A DNA stretch of 64,000 bases. Source: Octopus vulgaris. Lineage: Eukaryota. The stretch is from contig OX597828.1 of the NCBI GenBank assembly GCA_951406725.2, positions 6,324,001 through 6,388,000 of the forward strand, read 5' to 3'. This document shows positions 16,131-32,263 of the stretch, piece by piece. Made by a program: the position numbers and the translations under genes. The notes under the pieces are model-generated. The model saw only the letters and a program-made list of their open reading frames with translations. It did no database searches and was not told the DNA's origin. The first letter of the stretch is position 1; every line of letters starts with the position of its first letter.

Positions 16131-16394
16131 CACTGTGACCGACCAGGCTATTATATGTTGCTACATATCGCTGGTCACAATGCGCTTCGCATAGTTTTAG
16201 CCTTTCAAATGACGCCACCCCGCTGGCTAAGCGAGCAGGCCAACAGAAAGTTGTAGCGAAAGTGTATAGCAGGGAGCTTTATGGAGCTTTAGGTGTTTTC
16301 GCTCAATAAATACTCAAAAAGTCTGGTCTGGGAATCGAAACCGTGATCCTACGACCGCGAGTCCGTTGTTCTGACCACTGAGCCATTGCGCATC

Positions 16395-16396
<2 letters not shown>
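16130..16396 (-). mobile_element. tRNA-derived SINE
   Basis: Minus head GCGCAATGGCTCAGTGGTCAG...GGACTCGCGGTCG...GGTTTCGATTCCC with A and B boxes; head related to 18704. Confidence 0.8.
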
Positions 16397-16428
<32 letters not shown>

Positions 16429-16430
16429 CA

Positions 16431-16510
<80 letters not shown>

Positions 16511-17690
16511 CCAATTGAGGACTGAACACGAGACGTGGACAGTCACATGCTAGATATAGACGTTAAATCGTCATTCTCCACAAAAGATTATGTTCTCAAA
16601 TCAAACTCATCACAACCCAAGCAATATATATATATATATATATATATATAGGTGGATCCGGTGTTTTATTATCTGCTGAAAGATCACGGTTTCGATTCTC
16701 AGACAGTTCGCTGCGTTGTGTTCTCGAGCAAAGCAGTTCTGTTCACATGCGCTGCGATCAATGAGGTATTGCGTACCGTATACCGATACAGGCAATGGCG
16801 ATTTAATGGAAATATAATAATAACGTACAGCACATGCTTTCGATTTGATATAAGCATATCAACTGTGCCGTTAGTTTAGTCAGATGTTGAACCCTCATCT
16901 ATCATTTTGAACAGGGGAATCTACTATACCCCTGAATTTGTGTGTGTTTTCTGCATATAACGATGAAGATACAGATATATTTTTGGACGCAGAGTATATT
17001 GACGCAAAGCTGTTCCACTAGATAATGTTCATGAAACGCTAGAACTATAGCTAAATCAGTATAACGGTGAATTTAATAGTACTATTTGGTTTTGAATAAC
17101 AGTGAAATTAATGAGATTACTCGGGCGAGATCTGCTGGAATTAACTTATTCTTTGATTAACCGGATTTCCCTATAAGACATGCCAGTATACTAAGTTAGA
17201 AGCAATCGAATATAGTTCGATTCTTTCTTTCAAAGAAAAGCACTAATGGCAGTGAGTAACCACTTTATAATATTGAGTATAACTAAGAAATAGATTTCTA
17301 AGCTGTAGTTCTCTTTGTTAAATATATCTGCTGTGAATCTTACAATGTTCGGAATTCTGCTTACCAGAAGCAGTTTTACAGAGTTCGAACTTGAAGTCTA
17401 TCATAGAATATATCCGTAGTATAACTTTTTTAATTCTTGGAGACCATAACTATCTGGATCGAGCCTTAAATCCTGACAATAATTTCTGAGCTTTGTGTAC
17501 TGGTACAAAGAACCTCCGCGTACTGTTCCAATATATTAAATATATATTCACCTATCTGCGCACACATACATACATACATACATACATACATACATACATA
17601 CATACATACATACACACATACATACATACATATATATATGTGTGTGTGTGGCAAATATAAAGCTCACATTTAAACCCACCCATACACTCA

Positions 17691-17776
<86 letters not shown>

Positions 17777-18004
17777 CACAGAGAATTGAGGATATGATAA
17801 TAAATTGACATTTGTCTGTAAAACTCTCCGTTTTCTTATTATATACCATATTGAAACATACCCATATATGTCGGAGTTAATCAATCATTGAACTACGTAA
17901 TATACTGTTAATTAATTATGGACTCCTGAATATTTCATTGATATATAAGATTAAAGCGGTGAAGCTTGGATGTTAACATCCCTTTTTAAGAGCTAACTGT
18001 ATCC

Positions 18005-18150
<146 letters not shown>

Positions 18151-18157
18151 TAGGTAG

Positions 18158-18261
<104 letters not shown>

Positions 18262-18703
18262 GTATATGTGTGTGTATGTATGATGCATGCATGTATGTGT
18301 ATGTAAGTATGTAAGCAGTGAGTTTCTTTCAATCTCTGGTTTCTGCCGTCTCGTGTCTGTAGAGAGGATACTTTCCATATAGTGGAAATAAAACACAAAT
18401 CATGTAATCAGGAAGGAGACTTCCTATTTCACAGCTGTTTCTGCACTTAAATTGGTTTACATGAATGGGTTTAATATAAATTTGTTGAAACAAATCTTAG
18501 AGTCGTAAGGAAGACATTTCGTTATTGCTTGCATTGTAGTCTTTGAAATGTTATTTAGTCACAGAAAACGTTATGGTTAAGTTTGCAGGAACTATTCGTA
18601 ATTCCATAATGATCAGATATCTACCACCGAGTGCAGCAATGAATATCTTGAAAATTTGACTTAAATTCCTTTTATTTGTTTAAGTGAATTTAAACATAAA
18701 TGC

Positions 18704-18972
18704 GTGGAGGCACATGTCCTAGTGGTTAGAGTAACGGACTCGCGGTCGAGGGATCGTGGGTTCGAATACACATAAGCTCCATGCGACCCCGGCAGAAGGT
18801 AATAGCGAACCTCTGCTGACTCTTTCGCTACAACTTTCTCTCACTCTGTCCTCATGCATCTTGCAGCTCACCTGCGATGGACCGGCGTCACGTCTAGGTG
18901 GGGAACCTATACGCCAAGGAAACCGGGAAACCGGCCCTATGAGCCACGTGTGGCTCACGAAGGAACAAACGA
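18704..18972 (+). mobile_element. tRNA-derived SINE (family C/D)
   Basis: TAGTGGTTAGAG...GGACTCGCGGTCGAGGG..GGTTCGAAT head; body clearly homologous to the reverse complement of 43760-44052. Confidence 0.85.
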
Positions 18973-19535
18973 ACATAAATGCCTGTCAAAGGTTGGATAG
19001 CCAAATTATTGTTGTTAACCGATGTCCTCGAAATATTTTTAAAATTAAGAATCCTGTACAATATACAAATCTAACAAAATATCTGTAGTGATTAGAAAGT
19101 CTTAAAAGTTTCAGATAACATCTTAACATTTTTTGGGTGATCCACTTAAGATTTATGGAATGAGTAGGCATCAACATATTAAGAATTTTGCGAGAAAAGT
19201 TAATCTGGAAATGATCAATATTCGAAGAATATGGTTTAGGACTAGTACTTAAAAAATACTATATAATATTTAACGGAAAATGATAAGATTTCACATGTCT
19301 TCAAGATTCTTATGAAAGAGCTGGCCAGATAATATTTTATCATTATATCATTTGGGTAAATAGATTGGATGAAATGCACGCCCCCGTACCACTACATTTG
19401 CCAACTATATACAAACACGTCCATACTTATTCAAGACATAAGGCACGCATTCGTATATATATATATATGAACTATCACCACTCTCACTATGTATAGGCAT
19501 GTACAAGTACACATACACTCAAGGGACACATTCTT

Positions 19536-19630
<95 letters not shown>

Positions 19631-19768
19631 TGTCTGTATTTATGCATATATATATATATATATATACATATGAATAGATAGATTGATATATAAAGATACA
19701 TATTCAAAAACACACATATTTTGGTCTGTGAGTAGCTACATACAATATTATATATGTATATACATACG

Positions 19769-19802
<34 letters not shown>

Positions 19803-19869
19803 ATATATATATATATGTGTGTGTGCATGTGTCTGTGTGTGTATGCGTATAGACAAAACACACACGCTC

Positions 19870-19904
<35 letters not shown>

Positions 19905-19919
19905 TATATATACATACAG

Positions 19920-19959
<40 letters not shown>

Positions 19960-20275
19960 TATGTATTTATGTATGTATGTATGTATGTGTGTATAAATTC
20001 GATCAGTTGGATATGAAGTCCTTTGAAGTGACGTTGACAGTATTTGATACACACCTGCTGATAATATTTCATAGGTCAATATGGCTATTCAGCATTACAC
20101 TACTCAGCTTCTCTTTGAAGTAACAGCACAAAACAAACTCTGCTGTAAACATATGTGTGTCTTCAAGTATGTATATTTGCATCATACATATACATATATT
20201 TATACATACATATATACTTACATTCACAGATAGATACATATATATATATATATATATATTTGTACGTGACTGTAG

Positions 20276-20309
<34 letters not shown>

Positions 20310-22264
20310 ATCTATGTGTGTGTGTGTGTATATAAATATATATATATATATGTATATGTGTGTGTGTGTATGCATATAGATATACACATATATATACATA
20401 TGTATATATATATATATATATAAATGCATATGTATACATATGTATATATTTATATAATATGGATATATATATATATATATATATATGGATAAGAGAATGT
20501 ACGTCCATGATTATAAGTAAATGTATGTATATATGCGTTTCTGTCTATGTGTGTCTGTATGTACGTATATATGTGTGTGTGTATGTGTATGTGAGTATGT
20601 ACTTCTAGAGAAGTAGGTAGTATATGTTACTTCAATAAGAATCATTTGAGAAGGATGTGCTGACAATGTCCTTCATAAAAGAATGGCGACAAGTGATCAA
20701 TTATTGCATGTACAACTGTACTTCGCCGTGTTCTATAGATGTACGTTGTAGTACAGTAGTACATCTTTGAAGATTGAATTGCTTTAGTTCACTATACACA
20801 CGATAATACAGCAACACTGCAGTGAAGTGGTATACCGTGGGGTACTGTTAAATTTGATGTCCACTATTACATCATATTCCGGTTTTACTTTGGTATCCTC
20901 TACTCTCAGACAGAGTATCGATTCTAGTTTAAAGCTCTTTTATTCTCATTCCATGGATTAGTTTGATAATCAATCATAGTGCAGGAATTAGTTTATAGTA
21001 CAGTGCTAAATTGTAGGAAAATGCCAAAATATCAGTGGTGGCATGTAATATTACAATATGAATAGATGCAAGCATTTGAACGTTTTAGAGTAAGAATGTT
21101 ACAGTGGATAACTCTTGTTGAAGTTGAAAATGAATGAATTGTAAATCTTATCATATCCTACACTGACTTCAGATACTTTTGTAAGAAATATCTAGATTGT
21201 TGTAAATGCACTTGTAATGATTACCAGACAGATGTCTGCCTTGACAAAATAATTAAATCAAGAAATATTATTGCAATCACATAATTGGTGTTTTATTTCT
21301 TTGTATTATTATTCTTTTCTTTTTATTTCTGGTTGACAATTTTCTCGACTATATGTCGTGTGAAGGATAGTGTTCATGATTTGTTTTCATTTAACGTTCA
21401 AATTAACGAACAGTTTAGAGGGATTTGTAAAATAAATTATTTCTTATTTCGTTTTCAACTTCTTTAGACCATAACAAAAATAATCTTGCGTAAAATTTCG
21501 GCGAGACGTTTTAATTTAAATCGGAGCACTTACAAAAGACAGAGTTTATATAAAATCATAAGCGGTCTCAAATGAACTGCCACCAAAATATTATTCAGGT
21601 ATATATGAAATCAGTATAAATGACCAAAAAATATGAATGATGCTCTTTCTTTAAAAGCTATTGATGCATTCATGAAGTAAAATTGTCTCGGTTGTCTGAA
21701 AAGAAATTCTGGCTCTCGTCGAAATATAACTGCTGTTCCGAAGCAATTAGATTCATTTTCTGATAATGAACAGCAAAATTGATTCAATCAATTCTTGTAT
21801 GTCTAATACTTGTTTTATTGACTTTGAATACATGGAAGGCAAACAAGAACGTTGTGATATAAGGTAAGATGTGGTTAGGTTTTAGAAATAAAATAGTAAT
21901 TGGTCCCCTTTAAGTGGGTCATATTTATTACCACCCAAAATGGGTATAATAATGATGACGTTTTTCGAAGGGAAATTATAAAAAGTTATCGCCGTTTCTC
22001 ATTTCTCAAATATATTCGAAAGCGTAAATTATTGCAATGATAGAATCAAGAATCTTTCGATAATATGTAATTTTCTAGATGGTATTATTTAATTTTTCAT
22101 TATTGAATTGATAAAAGGTGTTTTTTTTTCTAATTTATATAAATATATATATATACATACACACAGATAGAATGAGAGCGAGGGAGAGAGAATGAAAAAG
22201 AGCTAGATAAATATATATTCATACATTTTTGCATTATATATACATGTAAATATATATGCTTATA

Positions 22265-22690
22265 TACGAGGAGAAGTCAAAAGTTAATTGCACTTTTGCT
22301 ATAACAATCTTTACTATTGTCACAGTGTCTTCTGCGCATGCGTCTTTATAGTAGGTTCTATTGTTGTCACCTGATCGAAATTTGAGCATGATCGCGCTAT
22401 TTTCCCTCCTGGCTTTACAGTGTAACCATGGCCTCTCCAACAGCAATGTGCACCAAAGAATTACAAAGAGCAGTGATCCGAATTCTCCGGTCCAAAAGTG
22501 TCACGTGCTGAAATATATCGGAGGCTTTTAGCACAATACGGTGACAGTGCATTACCGCATAGAAGTGTGTATGAGTATATGGAGAGGCTTAAAAGTGGCA
22601 GGACAAAAAAGGTAAACGAAGAGGAAGTAGGATGCCCATCAAAATTCACCGCTGATTAGAAGATTCAACAAATGACATATATCACCATGA
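22265..22690 (+). mobile_element. Mariner 5' remnant
   Basis: TACGAGGAGAAGTCAAAAGTT TIR-like start; CTKELQRAVIRIL and AEIYRRLLAQYGDSALPHRSVYEYMERLKSGRT (mariner HTH). Confidence 0.8.
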
Positions 22691-22827
22691 CCATCTCTCG
22701 GATAATGGAGATATGTTATGGCGAAAGTGCGGATAACTTTGGATTTCCCCTCGTATATTCCGCTTTTCGCTTACTTGTTCCAGTCCTTTGACTGCGGCCA
22801 TGCTGGAAGATATTCTTGAAGGGCTAA

Positions 22828-23412
22828 AGTTGAACAAATCGATCGCGGTGGTCAAGCGGTCATGGTGGGGTGGGGGCAAAGGCAGACACAAATGTATACT
22901 ACATAAATACTCACACACACACATACACACATATATATATACATACATACATACATACACACACACACGCAAACACACACAAACACACACACACACGCAC
23001 ACTCACACACTGGCGATTTTTTTCCTCTGTTTTCCCTTCTCTGGATCTTTCCTTTTCCTATGCTTCCGACGAAGAGCTCCGCTCGAAACATTAAACCCTC
23101 CCTCTTTCCTTCTTTCCTGAGCGTCCAATAATAATATATTTGTTCCACGTCCTCGCTTTGTTGTGTTTTTTGTGCTTTCATGTTTGGATTAATTCTATAT
23201 ATATACATATATATATACGACGGGCTTCTTTCAGTTTCTCTTTAGCAAATCCAATCACAAGGTTTTGATTGGACCGGGGGCTATAGCAGAAGACACATGC
23301 TCAAGGCGCCACGCAGTGGGATTGAACCCAGAGCCAAGCTTCTGAATATGTATGTGTGTGTACTCACACACACACACACATACATACATACATACATACA
23401 TACATACATACA

Positions 23413-23444
<32 letters not shown>

Positions 23445-24361
23445 CATACATACCTTTATGTAAGGATATTTATAATCATGGCTTCTTGTTTACGCATTCT
23501 ATAAATGACAAATAGAGAGTGTAGATGTCCCTTCTTTTCACTCTCTCCCACACAGAGATAGCTATGAGTGGGCAGTAGGTCCCGAAGGTATATAAGCTTA
23601 TTTTTCTCTCTTTGTTTCATTTATAGAAAAAGCATTTACTGCTATCTCACAAAATGGGGAAAAGAAGGTACAATGATATTCACAGAAACATTGGCAAAGA
23701 TCACACTGCTTGTTTACGACATAGAAAAATATAACGGATTCTAGGTTATGAGCCCAGCAGCTCAAAAGTAATTTGCTGAATTTAGAATACAGGTGAGTTT
23801 AATTCTCTTTTTAAAATTCTTCTATGCCTATGAGTCATGGATTTCTAATTTTGTACTTAAAACATTTCCAGCGTATTTTCAAACCTCTCAGAAAAGTTGC
23901 AGAAACGTATTATCTCAAACACACGCTCCCTCGCGCATTTGCACGCACGCACGTATATATAACTACTTTTAGGTGGTGAATATCTACTTTACATATACAT
24001 GTATGTGTGTGTGTGTATATAAATAGATATGGATAAAATATATTAATTTATATATGTAAGTATATGCATATATACGTACATAGATACATATATGTATATA
24101 TAATATGAGTGGCTGTGTGGTAAGAAGCTTGCTTCCCAACTAGATGGATCCGGGTTCGGTCCCACTGCGTGGCACCTTCTGCAAGTGTATTCTACGATAT
24201 ACATAAACACACACACACACACAGAGGCATATATGTAAATATAAAAATATGCATGTGTTTAAGTCGAACAAATCGATCGCAGTTGCCAAGCGGTGATGGG
24301 GTGGACAAACATAAACACAAATGTATACATACATAAATATATACATACACACACACACACA

Positions 24362-24421
<60 letters not shown>

Positions 24422-24857
24422 CGACGGGCTTCTTTCAGTTTCTCTCTAGCAAATCCAGTCACAAGGCTTTGATTGGACCGGGGATATAGCAGAAGACATA
24501 TTCTCAAGACGCCACAAAGTGGGATTGAACCCAGAGCCAAGCTTCTGACCATGTATGTGTATACACACACACACACATATACATATACACACATACATAC
24601 CTTTATGTAAGGATATTTATGATCATGGTTTCTTGTTTACGCATTCTATAAATGACAAATAGAGAATGTAGTCGTCCCTTCTTTGTACTCTCTCCTACTC
24701 AGAGGAAGCTATGAGTGGGCAGTAGGTCCAGAAGGTAGATAAGCTTACTTTTCTCTTTGTTTCATTTTTAGAAAAAAGCATTTACTGCTATCTCACAAAA
24801 TGTGGAAAAGAAGAAGGAACACTGATATTCGCAGAAAGATTGGCAAGAATCACGCTG

Positions 24858-24860
<3 letters not shown>
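22828..24860 (+). repeat. Local direct duplication (22828-23710 and 24261-24860) of a SINE fragment plus flanking unique DNA
   Basis: Both copies share GAACAAATCGATCGC, the same SINE deletion junction (GAACCCAGAGCCAAGCTTCTGA) and ~260 bp of non-SINE sequence (CCTTTATGTAAGGATATTTAT...GCATTTACTGCTATCTCACAAAATG). Confidence 0.88.
23008..23205 (+). mobile_element. Short pyrimidine-rich element with a decayed minimal hammerhead motif, inside the SINE microsatellite
   Basis: GCTT-CCGACGA-A-GAGC-TCC-GCTC-GAAAC-ATT-AAAC (23062-23096): core with U>C change and CpG-type decay of GAAACGTT. Absent from the duplicate copy at ~24360-24420. Confidence 0.65.
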
Positions 24861-25222
<362 letters not shown>

Positions 25223-26134
25223 CGGCTCGGATCTTTGTTGTTATCGTCACTGTTTACAATTATCTTTTTAAAAAGTCTTGAATGTCTCATGTAGATGTAA
25301 TTTTTGACGCTGAATCCGAAATTATTATTCATTTAGCAAAAATGCAGCAGGTGTTCAAAGTTTGATGATTTTTCAGAATTTGCAGCCTCTCAGAAAACAG
25401 CGCGTTTACTGCCGCTTCCATCACCACGGGGTGGGAGGCATTGGCATGTCAAAACTTTAAACTAGCTACGCGAGTAAAGTAAATATTTAAAAGCTGCGAA
25501 CAAACAAACAATCAGGAGTTGCTAGAAATAACCAACAAAACATTCAAATATACACGAGCAAATTAAATACTTAAAAGTTACGATCAAACGAATAGGAGTT
25601 GCTACGAATAACGGTCAAAACATTGTTTAAAACAGACATTCATTAGTTAAAAATATTCAAGAATGAAAGTTTGCAATACCCTATAAGATTTCATAAAATT
25701 AATTATCTTTTTCGTATCTAAGTACACAAAAGACTGCTGAAAACTTGTGGATACTTTAAGTTTCAAGTGGTAACCTGCTAACCACATAAATTAGAAATAA
25801 GACCGAATCTGAGCCAAAACAAAATAATAATAATAATAAATCTTTCCATACAAGTTATTTATTCAGTACTTCTTGTGGCGCAGTGGGCATAGTTTTGCCA
25901 CTGTCACGAGATGTTAGCAATATTTATGAACAGTATGAATAGATATTACCAAAACAGCATGAAGAAAACGGTAGGAATTTTTTGTGCGATCCATGCGGAT
26001 TATTATTACCGTTATTATCATTATCATTATTATTATAATTTTTATTTTTATCATTATTATTATTATTATTATTATTATCATCATCCTCATCCTCATCCTC
26101 ATCATTATTATTATTATTTTATGATTGACATTTG

Positions 26135-26482
26135 CTTTACATTTGTACAAGTTGGCTCCAAGTCTCACCCAGATACCTCAAGAGACAAGTTGGTAGTTCA
26201 TGTTGGTGTTATGCCTAGGGTGGTATATATTTGGTTTTGTACTTGGTGTTGTTCTAGAGAATGTTTAAGAAGCCATAAGAAAATGTTTGTTTTAAGACTT
26301 GAGATTACATAGAAAGTATTTTGCGTAGGATATGGGCAGTTTCCATGCGCACTATCTTCTACATTTCTACCATTCTGAGGTTTTCTGGTATCTGAGGTAG
26401 GTAGCAATCAGCCCCTTTTGCTATCATTCCCAAGGCACCTATGACAACAGGTATTGGTTTAGTCTTCAGGTTCCACATTTTG
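26135..26482 (-). mobile_element. R4/Dong-like (restriction-like endonuclease) LINE 3' end in a (TAA)n tract
   Basis: KMWNLKTKPIPVVIGALGMIAKG...AHILRKILSM; flanked on both sides by (TAT)n. Confidence 0.75.
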
Positions 26483-26508
26483 CTATTATCATTATTATTA
26501 TTATTACC

Positions 26509-26568
<60 letters not shown>

Positions 26569-26784
26569 TATTATTATCATAATCATTATTATTATCATCA
26601 TCATCATCATCATCATCATTATCATCATTATTATTATTATTATTATTAGTGAAGTCAGCGAGCTAGAAGAGTCGTAAATACTTAGCAGCTCGTCCGTCTG
26701 CACGTTCACAGTTCAAATTTCACCGAGGGTAATTTTGCGTTTCCTATACACACGACAGATTAGTCTGTTAGAAAAGAAAAAAAA

Positions 26785-28015
26785 TTATAACAGTGGGCTA
26801 CAACAAGCAACCTTAGATGCGAAAACCATCCTAAGTATCCTAGTTGGCCCTTTAACACTGTTTTCTGTAGCTGTACTAAGCTGGGTTTTAAGCCTATTTC
26901 CTCTATCCGTCTGCTCAGATCTTTAGGGTAGCTCCCAATGCACATATGATTACTGGAGTGTATTTTACCCACACATTCCATAGTCTCTGTTATTCAATGG
27001 CGAGGTCCTAGTACTTTGCTTTTTTTCTATATCTCTCATATTTATTCTTTAATCATTTGGAACTGTAACGTCAATTACCTGGCGCTTTTTTTATTATCTT
27101 TATCTACAACTACTAAACCAGGCCTTGTAGCTTTTATTACTCTGTCAGTTTGAATGTTAAAGCTTCACAACATCTTTTTTTCTTACTTTCTAGTACTTTA
27201 CTTGATTTATGTTCATACAATTTGTCAAGATGTTCAAATCCTAGCTTTCTACATAACTCCCGGTAGATTACTCTCTGTAGATTGTCATGTATTTTCTTGT
27301 ATACTTTCTGTGCCAGCATGCTACATTCACTTGCTATATGAATATCGCTTTCCTGTTTTTATTTATATAACCTACATTCGGAATCTACTAGGTGTTTGTC
27401 TATCTTAGCGTTTATCCAATTAGTCCTTAATGCTTGATCTTGTCCTGCTACTAACAAACTTTACGTCACCCTTTACAGATTTGCGTTCTGCGATTAGAAC
27501 CATATCTCACTACTACTATTTACTGAAACTATTTTCGGGAATTTGCCATGCAACGTCTTTTCCTTCAAGTCAGATATTTTCTGCTTTTTTCTTGCTTTTA
27601 ACTTCGTTTGGGGTTTTGCTTTCCCTATGTTATCCTGTGACTCTAGCCGCTTTTAGTAAGCTATCTTCACTATTACCTACATAGGAGTCCATACCTACTC
27701 AGCCAACTCCACTCTACTGATATTAACCCTCTCCCGCCTTCCTTCTTAGGTACGTATAATCTTGCTCCTCTATTCATATTGAATTCCTTCCTAGTCCTTC
27801 TGCCTAGCGTTTCTTATTCAGCTTTTGTCCAATCTGCATAAGCTGCTGAGTATCTGAGTAATAATACTGCCCAAGTATTTACAGCCTTCACTAGACTCGG
27901 ACCGTTTAGCTTTGTCTTCATTAGCTTCCTCACTCTTCTCATTTACTCCTTCTCAATTTTCGTTTTCATTTCTATAGTTAATACTCTGTCAAATTTTAAT
28001 ACCCCTAGATACTTA
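26785..28015 (-). mobile_element. R4/Dong-like LINE, decayed 3' ~1.2 kb
   Basis: KTKLNGPSLVKAVNTWAVLLLRYSAA, LAQKVYKKIHDNLQRVIYRELCRKLGFE..YEHK..VLE, PVIICALG and LQKTVLKG, with many disablements. Confidence 0.75.
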
Positions 28016-28054
28016 TAGCTCTCTCCTCATTTCAATGATTGTATTATTATCATT

Positions 28055-28783
<729 letters not shown>

Positions 28784-28810
28784 TATTATTATTATTATTA
28801 TTATTATTCA

Positions 28811-28865
<55 letters not shown>

Positions 28866-29439
28866 TTTCACTATTACTATTATTGTTGTTGTTGTTGTTA
28901 CGCGTATGCGTTCGTTATTTACAGAATGATTTTACCGTTTCAGTAACACCTTTCGAACGTTGGGATACAATTAAGCAAATATAAAGAATGAACAAAATCG
29001 AGTAACATGATAATGGAATGTAAGTGAAAGCAAAGCAAAACAACGCTAACGTAAATTATGGCGCTACACTCGATGGATTTACAACCGTTAATAATGGTAA
29101 AGGCGAAAAACTATTAAGAAGTTGTTTTTTTTTTTCTCTTTTTAACAGAATAACGGAAACATTAACGCGTAAAAACATAAGCTGATATAGACACACGTAT
29201 AGAGTGTTTTAGGCCATCAATATCGGTGTAGGAAGGTGATCTGGCTCTGAAATCCATCGTTCTGCTTAAAACTTCTAAGAATGTGGTTAGGATGCTTTCT
29301 GAATATTTGTAGGATAATGAAGTTTTAGTAAAAGCGATATCATACTTCTGCATGGCAATACATTACAGAGATTATGCCAACCGTTAGCTTCAACACGTGA
29401 AAATATGCAATATGACATTGTAGACGACAGAATTCATAT

Positions 29440-29700
29440 TCTTCACAAATATTGGAACAGAATATCAGGACGTGTTTGATGAGACCCGCATCAAGAAATG
29501 GCACGCAGCCTTATTTCTTATTGAAGTCGGCTGCTGTGGATTTCCAGCAAGATCATGCTCCATTTCTACAGGAGACAGATTTGGAGCACAAACAACTGAA
29601 GCAAGTCGGCAAAGGGATAGACAGGGCAGCTGAAACTAGCTCAAGGTGGCTCTGGTTGCTAAGAGACTGCAAATGGGACCTTCCGATAGGTGAAAATTAC
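29440..29700 (+). mobile_element. HERO-like non-LTR retrotransposon C-terminal fragment
   Basis: LIEVGCCGFPARS, then (frameshift) IDRAAETSSRWLWLLRD, resembling the EVGCRGF...AAE..SRWLW end of HERO-type RLE domains. Confidence 0.6.
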
Positions 29701-30205
29701 TTTTAGTCTTCGTTGTCCCAGTCAGGCGAAGGAGTGAAACCACCGAATGATATAGGAAGTTTTCCGATATTTCAATGAAATTAGAAGTAGAACTTCCAAA
29801 ACAAGTACGTGGTTCCAGCAGATTTTACATGAGCAAAGTACCGCTGAAATTAGTTCACCTGATTATTTTGCCTAACGTCCAAATGTACAAGCGAAAGATA
29901 TCTGCTTTTTACTGCTGATCGTCCTTAAAGAATGCATATACGAATGAAACATTGATTTAAATGGGGTGGAAATCATACCGACTTAAGGTTTTGAGTAGCT
30001 GCAGTGGTATCGAAATATGAGATACAATCAGATTAGTATAACAAACAGTTCTGTACCTGGTAAATGTTTTCAAGTTTGGAATCGTTATAAGAAACTAAAG
30101 CCCGAGGGTAATGTGCACGTGTACCAACCTTTATATATATATATATATATATAAATATATATGTATATGTATATGTATATATATATATGTGGGTATGTAT
30201 GTATA

Positions 30206-30310
<105 letters not shown>

Positions 30311-30732
30311 GGTATGTATTTATGTATATGTATATATATATTATGTATATATGTATATATATATATATATGTATATGTATATGTATATATTATGTATATA
30401 TATATATATACATACATACATGTGTGTGTATGTGTGTGTGTGTACACTGATAATAAGGAAAACGAAGAATTTGGATATTCAGACATTCTGAGTGTTTTAT
30501 TCACAGTGATTGTTCGACACGTATTTCGATCGTATCAATTACGAAATACTGGATACTTATACGCAGGGATTTATGTATAATTTGTCATTGTTCAAGGAGT
30601 AAGTTTTTTCCGTTATTAGTTTGAATCAAGCTTGCTAGAGGTAGTAGTAAATCATGTTGTTCTGTAATGAGAAGCTATAAACAACTAATTGTTTGTGTAA
30701 AAGTCTGGTATCGTCAGATGTATGTATGTGTA

Positions 30733-30795
<63 letters not shown>

Positions 30796-30919
30796 AAAAC
30801 TCACACAGTACATAGTTCTACTACATTTTTAGAATGTTTTATATTTTCTTTTGTAACCGATTTCTTTTTTGTTAGTCAAGACATTGAAATTATTGTAATT
30901 TCATTTTTTCTTTCATATT

Positions 30920-32263
30920 TTCAGAAATGTTATTGATTGGTACAACTGGTTGCAAGAGAAATGATCAGGCTTTCGGTGGTACGTTTCAAGTCACCTCACC
31001 CAAGCCACGCCCACGATGCTGTATTATCCTTAACGTACAGTGTATTCCTTTCAAACTGTCCATGCATTCTCATTTCAAAAAGGTCTTCTTTTCTCTTCTC
31101 CTCAGCTCTTTTGTTAAAATCTTCCTTGCCCATCATTTCATCTGCATTTCCATCCATATCTTTCGTGGTATATTGCAGCAGGTCTTCATCACTATTTCTC
31201 AAAAACTTGGCAAGCGTTCTCTTTTCATTCCTGATACTATGGTCTGTACAAATTAGTCCTCTGCCACCATTCCTTTTTTTGCACACTCTATGGAAAGAGT
31301 GTGGAAAATGTGACCCACTTGGTAAGTAGATATGAGAGTCTAGCACAAAAAGAATACAAGTGCCGCCACGATAAAAAAGTATGCGTATCTTCATTGGCTC
31401 TTATGCCATAAATACCAATATGAAGTTACAGAGTGCTGGTATGAGTGCAAGCATTCCGATTTGAAAGTGGAAATGGTAAGACTGTATGGAATACGAGAGG
31501 GTAATGAAAAAGTGATACCAGTAGTGATCGGAGCGTTGGGCTCAATCTCATTGAATTCATTAGAGCTTGAATAATAGGCCCCTGGAAACATGGGTCTTTC
31601 GTTCATCATCTTTAAACACGCCTTATTCAGGGAACCTTTTGAATGGGATGAGCTACTCGACCCGAAGAAAATTGTAACAGTTCCTCATCTGCAAGACCAT
31701 GCACTCTTTACTCTTTTACTCTTTTAATTGTTTCAGTCATTTGACTGCGGCCATGCTGGAGCACCGCCTTTAGTCGAGCAACTCGACCGCGGGACTTATT
31801 CTTTGTAAGCCCAGTACTTATTCTCTCGGTCTCTTTTTGCCGAACCGCTAAGTGACGGGGACATAAACACACCAGCATCGGTTGTCAAGCAATGCTAGGG
31901 GGACAGACACATACACACAAGCACGCACACATATATATATATATACATATATACGACAGGCTTCTTTCAGTTTCCGTCTACCAAATCCACTGACAAGGAT
32001 TTGGTCGGCCCGAGGCTATAGTAGAAGACACTTGCCCAAGGTGCCACGCAGTGGGACTGAACCCGGAACCATGTGATTGGTAGGCAAGCTACTTACCACA
32101 CAGCCGCTCCTGCGCCTATTGATCTTGATTTGAGATCACCGTGTTGCGTACATATGGTTGTGATGTCTGATGTACCCTTATCAGCCGGGTATTCATGAAC
32201 ATATTGGGCTTTGTATATTTATACCTCAGTGTCTCTTTGATGGCATGCACTGCTCTTTCACTC

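Noticed and set aside
18704-18770. tRNA-like sequences with A and B boxes, also in other SINE heads
   Set aside because: No complete cloverleaf and continuous with SINE bodies, so not tRNA genes.
21691-21730. CTGAAAA...GTC-GAAATATA motif
   Set aside because: Core mismatch and only 2-bp helices.
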